A DNA stretch of 64,000 nucleotides from Octopus vulgaris (lineage: Eukaryota), in NCBI GenBank assembly GCA_951406725.2, contig OX597815.1:145700001-145764000 (forward strand), given 5' to 3'. Made by a program: the position numbers and the translations under genes. The notes beneath the pieces were generated by a model that did not search any database, had not been told where the DNA came from, and was given only the letters and a program-made list of their open reading frames with translations. Positions 57,029-64,000 of the stretch are shown one piece after another. The first letter of the stretch is position 1. Every line of letters starts with the position of its first letter.

Positions 57029-57265
57029 TATATATATCTAATATATATATCTAATATAGATATACATATATCTAATATAGGATAAAAGTTTTCCCCAAAA
57101 ATTTTATCAATGGCCAGCATATTAAAAATACCTTTAAAGGTTAAATGTTTAAACAACTTATAAACAAGGGCAAAAGAAATAAAATTCTAATGCCAAATAT
57201 GCCGAAACTAGACACATTGTCCATAACCATATAAGTTGTATATATATATATATATATATACATAT

Positions 57266-57318
<53 letters not shown>

Positions 57319-57518
57319 AACAAACAAATATGTAGTTGTATGTCTGTGTTTGTCCCCCACTATTGCTTGACAACCGATGCTGGTGTGTTTACGTCGCTGT
57401 AACCTACCGATAGAATAAGTACTAGATTTGCTAAGAATATGTCCTGGAGTCGATTTGTTGGACTAAAAGAGGTACTCCAGCATTGCCACAGTCAAATGAG
57501 TAAAACAAACAAAAGAAT
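56726..57518 (+). mobile_element. SINE family A with greatly expanded centre
   Basis: Head at 56726-56880, TA-rich expansion and insert, tail at 57340-57518. Confidence 0.85.
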
Positions 57519-57613
57519 ATGTATATATATACACACACAAACACACACACATACATACATACATACATACATACATACATACATACATACATAGGTACAT
57601 ACATACATATCTC

Positions 57614-58012
57614 TTTTTACTCATTTATTTGTTTCAGTCATTTGACTGTGGCCATGCTGGAGCACCGCCTTTAGTCGAGCAAATCGACCCCAGAACTTAT
57701 TCTTTGTAGGCCTAGTACTTATTCTATCGGTCTCTTTTGCCGAACGGCTAGGTTACTGGGACGTAAACACAGCAGCATCGGTTGTCAAGCGATGTTTGGA
57801 GGGGGGCGGGCAAACACAGACACACACACACATATATACATATACATATGTGCGACGGGCTTCTTTCAGTTTCCGTCTACCAAATCCACTCACAAGGCTT
57901 TGGTCGGCTCGAGGCTATAGAAGACACTTGCCCAAGGTGCCAAGCAGTGGGACTGAACCCGGAACCATGTGGTTGGTAAGCAAGCTACTTACCACACAAT
58001 CACTCCTGCGCC
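57614..58012 (-). mobile_element. SINE family A
   Basis: Well-preserved full-length reverse copy. Confidence 0.92.
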
Positions 58013-58020
58013 TACGCACT

Positions 58021-58057
<37 letters not shown>

Positions 58058-58061
<4 letters not shown>

Positions 58062-58288
58062 CTTTACTGCCCACAAGGGGCTAAACATTGAGGGGACAAA
58101 CAAGGACAGACGAAGGGATTAAATCGATTACATCGACCCCAGTGCGTAACTGGTACTTTATTTATCGACCCCGAAAGGATGAAAGGCAAAGTTGACCTCG
58201 GCGGAATTTGAACTCAGAACATAAGTGCAGACGAAATACGGCTACGCATTTCGCCCGGCGTGCTAACGTTTCTGCCAGCTCACCGCCT
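58058..58288 (-). mobile_element. SINE family B
   Basis: Well-preserved reverse copy (ggcggtgagctggcagaaacgttagcacgccgggcg...gggcagtaaagaaa). Confidence 0.9.
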
Positions 58289-58809
58289 CCTGCCAGCTCA
58301 CTGCTATATATATAGCGTTAAGCAGTGATGTATCGCTGTCAAATATTTGAGCTGTTAACAAGTCTGTATATATACACATCACTGCTTAAGGCTGTCACCT
58401 CGTACTTTATTTACGGCGAGTAGTTGAACAATGCAACCAGCCATTGAACGATATTGACGGGAATATCATAAGAGGGACCTGTGCCCCGTGTAAGTCCGCA
58501 GCGTATACATTTCTGGTCTCTGCTACTGATGAGTAGATAACTACTCCGAAAAGCATGCATCCCACGGTCTGGTTAGTGGCGTCTGTGAGCTGATTCGGTG
58601 TATTTACACCTATTCGCCTATATGGAGGTACTTTCTCCATGGCAAGATACACTTCATGTCTTTCTTACGGTTGCGTATGTGCCTCAAACATATTTGAACT
58701 GGTGACAAGTTTGTATATATATGTGTACGTATTTACTTGTCCATCCATCCATCCAGCCAGCCATCCATCAGTCCGTCTGTCTGTTTATGTATGTGTATCC
58801 ATTTGTCTG

Positions 58810-58892
<83 letters not shown>

Positions 58893-59089
58893 GTCTGTCT
58901 CTGTGTCTGTCTGTCTGTCTGTCTGTCTGTGTGTCTGTGTGTCTGTCTGTCTGTTTATCTATCTACCTATCTATCTGTTTATCTGCTCGTTAGTCAGTCC
59001 ATCCGCTTGTCCGGCTGTCAGTTCATGCCTGCGTATGTATGTATGTATGTATGTATGTATGTATGTATGTATGTATGTATGTACGTATG

Positions 59090-59631
59090 TCAGGTCACTT
59101 TCGAGTGCTACTAGTAACATGTAACCCAGTACAACCTTTTGCATGGTCAGGTCGTCGGCAACTAAACCGGCAACCCCACCAAGCTTGCTTGGTGAGGAGG
59201 GTGTTTACTGGATACCCTGCGGGATGAAAAAGAAAATCCGTCAAAGGGCGGGGGAACTCTTGAGAGTCAACGGCCATCCAATAAATGCCTTAAGGCTATA
59301 TCATGCGCGGGGAAATAATCGGACTGAATACCCGATCGTGCGGGTAAACCATTGGGAGTGAAGGACTCCTAGCTTTTGTTAGGGCATCCTTCTAGGAGAA
59401 GGTAACTCAGGTAACTGGGATAACTCAGATATAAAACCTGCGGCTCAGTGCTTATCGATGATGTTGAATTGTTCTTCTTTTCGGATTATGGCTGCTGTTT
59501 CTTAGTGAGTGGGATTGACTCAGTGCACAGCCTTTTCTCACTTTAAAAAATCTTCTTGCACAGGCATTGCACGATAACAACATTGATTAAGCTTCGTGCA
59601 ATGGACATAATATAACGAGGAGGCAGCCACC
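59090..59631 (+). mobile_element. RTE-type 5'-UTR-like element embedded in (TATG)n
   Basis: gcaaccccacc.., gggcatccttctaggagaaggtaactc and cactttaaaaaatc..gcacaggc resemble RTE 5' UTR motifs (from memory). (TATG)n on both sides. Confidence 0.5.
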
Positions 59632-59740
59632 GTGTATGTATGTATGTATGTATGTATGTATGTATGTATGTATGTATGTATGTATGTATGTATGTATGTA
59701 TGTATGTATGTATGAACCAATCAATCTATGTATTTATGTA

Positions 59741-59824
<84 letters not shown>

Positions 59825-60226
59825 GCCTCTATCTGTTGCTGTCAGCTAAAGAAATTACCTTTGTCGACAAACATTTACTAATATACATGCATGTCACCTT
59901 ATCAAAGTACCTGATGTCATTACACACACGGGCTGACCAATGACTTCTACGGATAATTTACTAAACGGAAACTGTGCGGACGTTTGTAGGATGTACGTGT
60001 AAATGTGTGAATGCTTATACGTATATGTCATAGTGTATGCGTGTGCGTGCGTGTGCATATGCGTGTGTAATTATATATATGTGTTTGGGTGCGTTATTTT
60101 ATTAGTGCGTATGTGTGTGGTTGATCTTTCAAACGAACGGAAAATCTCAATATATCAGCTAATACGTACGTGTTCACGCCCACATACATACTCTCACACA
60201 CACACACACACACACTCACACACACG

Positions 60227-60272
<46 letters not shown>

Positions 60273-60593
60273 CATATGTATGTCCACACACACACATATA
60301 CGTATACTACATGCATATATATACATTTATGTGTGTGCTTGTGTGTATATAAACGTAGATGTGTATATGCATACATATAGATATTTATATATAATATGTA
60401 TCATAATTTGATATACACGAAAACTTGTACGTTTGTATGTGTTTATATGTGTATGTATGTGCGTGTGTTTGTTTATATGTGTGCGTGTGTTTTGTGAGGC
60501 CTTTGATCTGATAGAAGCAGAAGGTAAAGTCAAGGTATGTGAGTCTATAAAACCCACGATAAATATAAACATGAAAGAAATGAGAATTATAAC

Positions 60594-60669
<76 letters not shown>

Positions 60670-61255
60670 GCATGTATGTATATATATTCATATATGTATA
60701 TATGTATGTATATATATATGTATATGTATATGTATATGCTTGTATGAATGTCTGTATATGTGTAAGTATTTATGCGTATATCTATGTGTATGAATGTATA
60801 TGTACGCATATGTACACATATATATATATAAGCATATATTAGATATGCTCATACATTCATACATACATAACTTCATACATGCATACGTACATGCATAAAC
60901 ACGCGCACAAATACATATATATTTATATATACATATGTGTGTTTATGTATGTATATATGCATACCATCACAAATGAGTGTTATATGAGATATCACATCAT
61001 AGCAATGATATCAGATTTTATTCATATATTTATTTATTTGTTTTTTTTTCTATGACAGGCATGATTCAATATTTCATTGATCCGTAATATAAGGTACGGC
61101 GTATACATCAGCGGTGAGTTCATAGAAAGAGAAGATATTACTGAAATATAATTGAAATTCAATCATATAGTCATACAGCCATTCTACTGAGTTATGTTGA
61201 TCGATATCACTATAATCTTACCCTTGTATATAGATCGATATCAGTGTAATCTTAC

Positions 61256-61394
61256 CCTTGATCCCCATATGTGGTCTTCTACTTCGAAGAGCTCAAAATC
61301 AAATCCTATGCGTTCACTGAGGATTCTAAGAAGATCGATGCTAAGACCAACACAGCAACGGGGTATTGTCTCATTTGTGAATTGTCGTTTCCCA
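61256..61394 (-). CDS. Nmdar2: NMDA receptor GluN2-type subunit, coding exon (start of S1 ligand-binding segment)
   Basis: Minus strand reads ttgcAG|T GGG AAA...GGA TCA AGG|GTaag. 139 nt, translating GKRQFTNETIPRCCVGLSIDLLRILSERIGFDFELFEVEDHIWGSR, which matches the iGluR CCxGxxIDLL...GFxxxL motif. Ends in phase 0 and joins the next exon in frame. Not in the ORF track. Confidence 0.93.
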
Positions 61395-61478
61395 CTGCAA
61401 TGACAAAGAAGAGCAATATAATTAGTATTTGATCATATGTACGCACACAGATTGTAGCAGTTAACATCTATAATATAC

Positions 61479-61518
<40 letters not shown>

Positions 61519-61803
61519 TTGTGTGTTTGTATATGTATATATTTGTGTGTGTGCATTTGCGTATGTCTTTATATATGTATGCATATATATACATATTCAT
61601 ACATACATACATACATACATACATACATACATACATACATAATACATACATACATACATACATACATACATACATACATACATACACACATACATATATA
61701 TACATACACATATATGAATGAAAGAAGTAGAAAGTCCTCGGTACAGTATTATATATTTGAAAAAATGAACAGAAATGTTTTTTTCTGGCAATATTTTCCC
61801 TTT

Positions 61804-61868
61804 AATAATTAGATATTTATAAGTTATTAGGTGTTTAACACCTAATAACTTATAAACATCTAATTATT
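61804..61868. repeat. 65-bp palindrome (32-bp arms, 1-nt centre, one mismatch)
   Basis: aataattagatatttataagttattaggtgtt-t-aacacctaataacttataaacatctaattatt. Confidence 0.92.
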
Positions 61869-62082
61869 GAAATGGAAAAATGATAAAATAAGAAGCCATA
61901 GTCTATTCGCTTTCTCATATCAGCAAAGCCATTTCGATTAATTTTTGTCATATATATATACGTGTGTATATGTATCTATCCTGGGGCTATAAACTACAGT
62001 AGCATCGTGCGATATATATCAGCCACATTTAGGTGGCAAATATACTTCACGATATGTGTGTGGGTGTGTGTGTGTGTGTGTA

Positions 62083-62713
62083 TACCGAGTGCGGTGAATA
62101 AACTGTCGTCGAAATTATGCAAAAATGAAAATAACACAGACATCTCATTTTAAAAGCTATCTTGAAATACTAAAGGGAAATTTATTCAATTAAATCGCCA
62201 TTGGCTTCAGACACGGCCTCCAGACGTCTTCGGAATTTCCTGCAACTCTTCTGGACGTGCAGAGTCCTGTTGCCAGACATAGGGTCTTCCAGCAGACCCC
62301 CTCTTGAACCAAGGCAGAACTACCTCATCGAGGCACTTGATGTAGGCCTCTTCGTTGAGTCTGAGGCTGTATGAGAAGATGAATGGAGGCTCAACGTCGC
62401 CGTCACTAGTGTATATAGCAAACATCTTGATGTCGACTGGATGTTTATTAATCTTGGTACATGTCCTCAGATTGCACTGTTCTCAGATTGACACCCAAAC
62501 ACTCTGAAATGTTTGTATTGGAGTTTCCAGCGTGAATGCTAAGCAGTACAGCACGTCGTTTTCAAATTTCTGGCAGAATTGCGTCATGGTACTGTTTTTC
62601 TCTCAGACGGTGCCCCCTACTAAACTGTGTAGTTCACAAAATCAAAAACAAACAACGCACATGCGCGAAATTAAAAATATAAAATGGCTGCAATTTACCT
62701 ATCGCTCCCTGTA
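62083..62713 (-). mobile_element. Internally deleted Tc1/mariner (maT/DD37D-like) element
   Basis: SDGDVEPPFIF..LRLNEEAYIKCLDEVVLPW..GRPYVWQQDSA. Degenerate TIRs taccgagtgcggtgaataaactg / caatttacctatcgctccctgta. Confidence 0.8.
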
Positions 62714-62724
62714 TATATTGTAAA

Positions 62725-63600
62725 AGGTGGCTGATGGAAATTTGAAATAGTGTCTCTTTTCATGGAGTATGAATTGTCATGAGATTTCAATAACAGCCAC
62801 ATCATCATCATCATCTTCATCTTCAACAACCAAACAACAACAACAACAACAATGACAACTACAAGAAGCGATTAAATCCTAAGGATACTTGCAGTAGAAA
62901 TATTTATAGTCCGTTCAAATAGTTTATGTACAAAGACAGCTTTGGAGGGAGTTTCAGGTAGAATTCCGTGCACGACTTAATCTTAGTCAAATTGGAGACA
63001 AACTTGAAGCGGGTGGAATAGTTCAGAATGTCCACAACAAACATTCCGGAGAATACGGACATCAATAAACTCCTCAAAGCAATAAAGTGTTTTAGAAACG
63101 TATTACCGAGGTGAACAAAATGTGTACGGCAGTTTGTACAGCGAGTTATACGGCAATTTGTACGGCATGTTTGTAATTTAAAAAGCTAGGGTCCATTTCA
63201 AAAGCAAGCGTGCATTTTTAAGTTCTAGTATGATAGGGCACCCCAACCTACCATAGTGATGGAACTGGTAATTTTAATGAAATTCTCTTGCAAACAGGTG
63301 GATTCGACGAAGAGATTCAGTAAAATATCCTATGCGTTCACCGGACCTCACAACACAAGGGATTGTCTTTTTTACAGGGATACTTAAAATAGAAATTTGC
63401 GGTTCAAAACTAACAACTCAACGACTGGAGGGAGGTATTGAACAAGACTGCACCCAAATAGAGAAGGAAATATTTATTGATATTTCCAATTGCATTGTTC
63501 TGCATTTTAATGTGTGATTGAACCAGAAGAGCAGTGGGTTTGAAACAGGCTTCGATAAAAACAGTTAATTCTATTAGTAGATTCTAAATTCATCTGTACA
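62725..63600 (+). mobile_element. Tc1/mariner (rosa/Tc3-like) relic
   Basis: N-terminal HTH-like VQRQLWREFQ...DKLEAGGIVQNVHNKHSG and C-terminal RWIRRRDSVKYPMRSPDLT..GYLK fragments. Confidence 0.7.
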
Positions 63601-63621
63601 ATATATATATATATATATACT

Positions 63622-64000
63622 CTTTTACTTTTTTACTTGTTTCAGTCATTTGACTGCGGCCATGCTGGAGCAGCGCCTTTAATCGAGCAACTTGACCGCG
63701 GGACTTATTCTTTTGTAAGCAAGCCCAGTACTTATTCTATCGGTCTCTTTTGCCGAACCGCTAAGTAACGGGGACATAAACACACCAGCACCTGTTGTCA
63801 AGCAATGCTAGAGGGACAAACACAGATACACAAACACACACACGCATATACGACGGGCTTCTTTCAGTTTCCGTCTACCAAATCCACACACAAGGCTTTG
63901 GTCGGCCCGAGGCTGTAGTAGAAGACTCTTGCCCAAGGTGTCACGCAGTGGGACTGAACCCGGAACCATGTGGCTGGTAAACAGGCTACTTACCACACAG
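63622..64000 (-). mobile_element. SINE family A (head cut by window end)
   Basis: Reverse copy of the family A sequence. Confidence 0.92.

Overview
AT-rich eukaryotic DNA, very probably octopus (inferred from the microsatellite load and the SINE types, not proven). The whole window appears to lie inside one large minus-strand gene encoding a GluN2/Nmdar2-type NMDA glutamate-receptor subunit. Three coding exons were reconstructed by hand: 61256-61394, 51108-51297 and 23378-23503. They have canonical AG/GT ends and compatible phases, and encode the S1 ligand-binding segment, pre-M1 and M1. The introns are about 10 kb, about 27.6 kb (with a 100-N gap) and more than 23 kb. They are filled with microsatellites, several tRNA-derived SINE families, LINE relics (R4/Dong, CR1-like, RTE-X), Penelope-like relics, Tc1/mariner relics and MITEs. 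Nearly all ORFs in the supplied track are microsatellite artefacts. The most notable observations are: (1) at least six minimal hammerhead-ribozyme motifs, three with a recurrent CCGANGA core variant, plus a 4-unit tandem array of hammerhead-like units; (2) a near-perfect 340-bp palindrome with a hammerhead on each strand; (3) a 1.43-kb TSD-flanked retroposon with a ~240-codon broken ORF and no RT, inserted in a SINE; (4) duplicated 5' splice sites at two receptor exons, each of which would add a stop codon. Repeat boundaries are approximate, and family names come from recalled motifs, not database searches.
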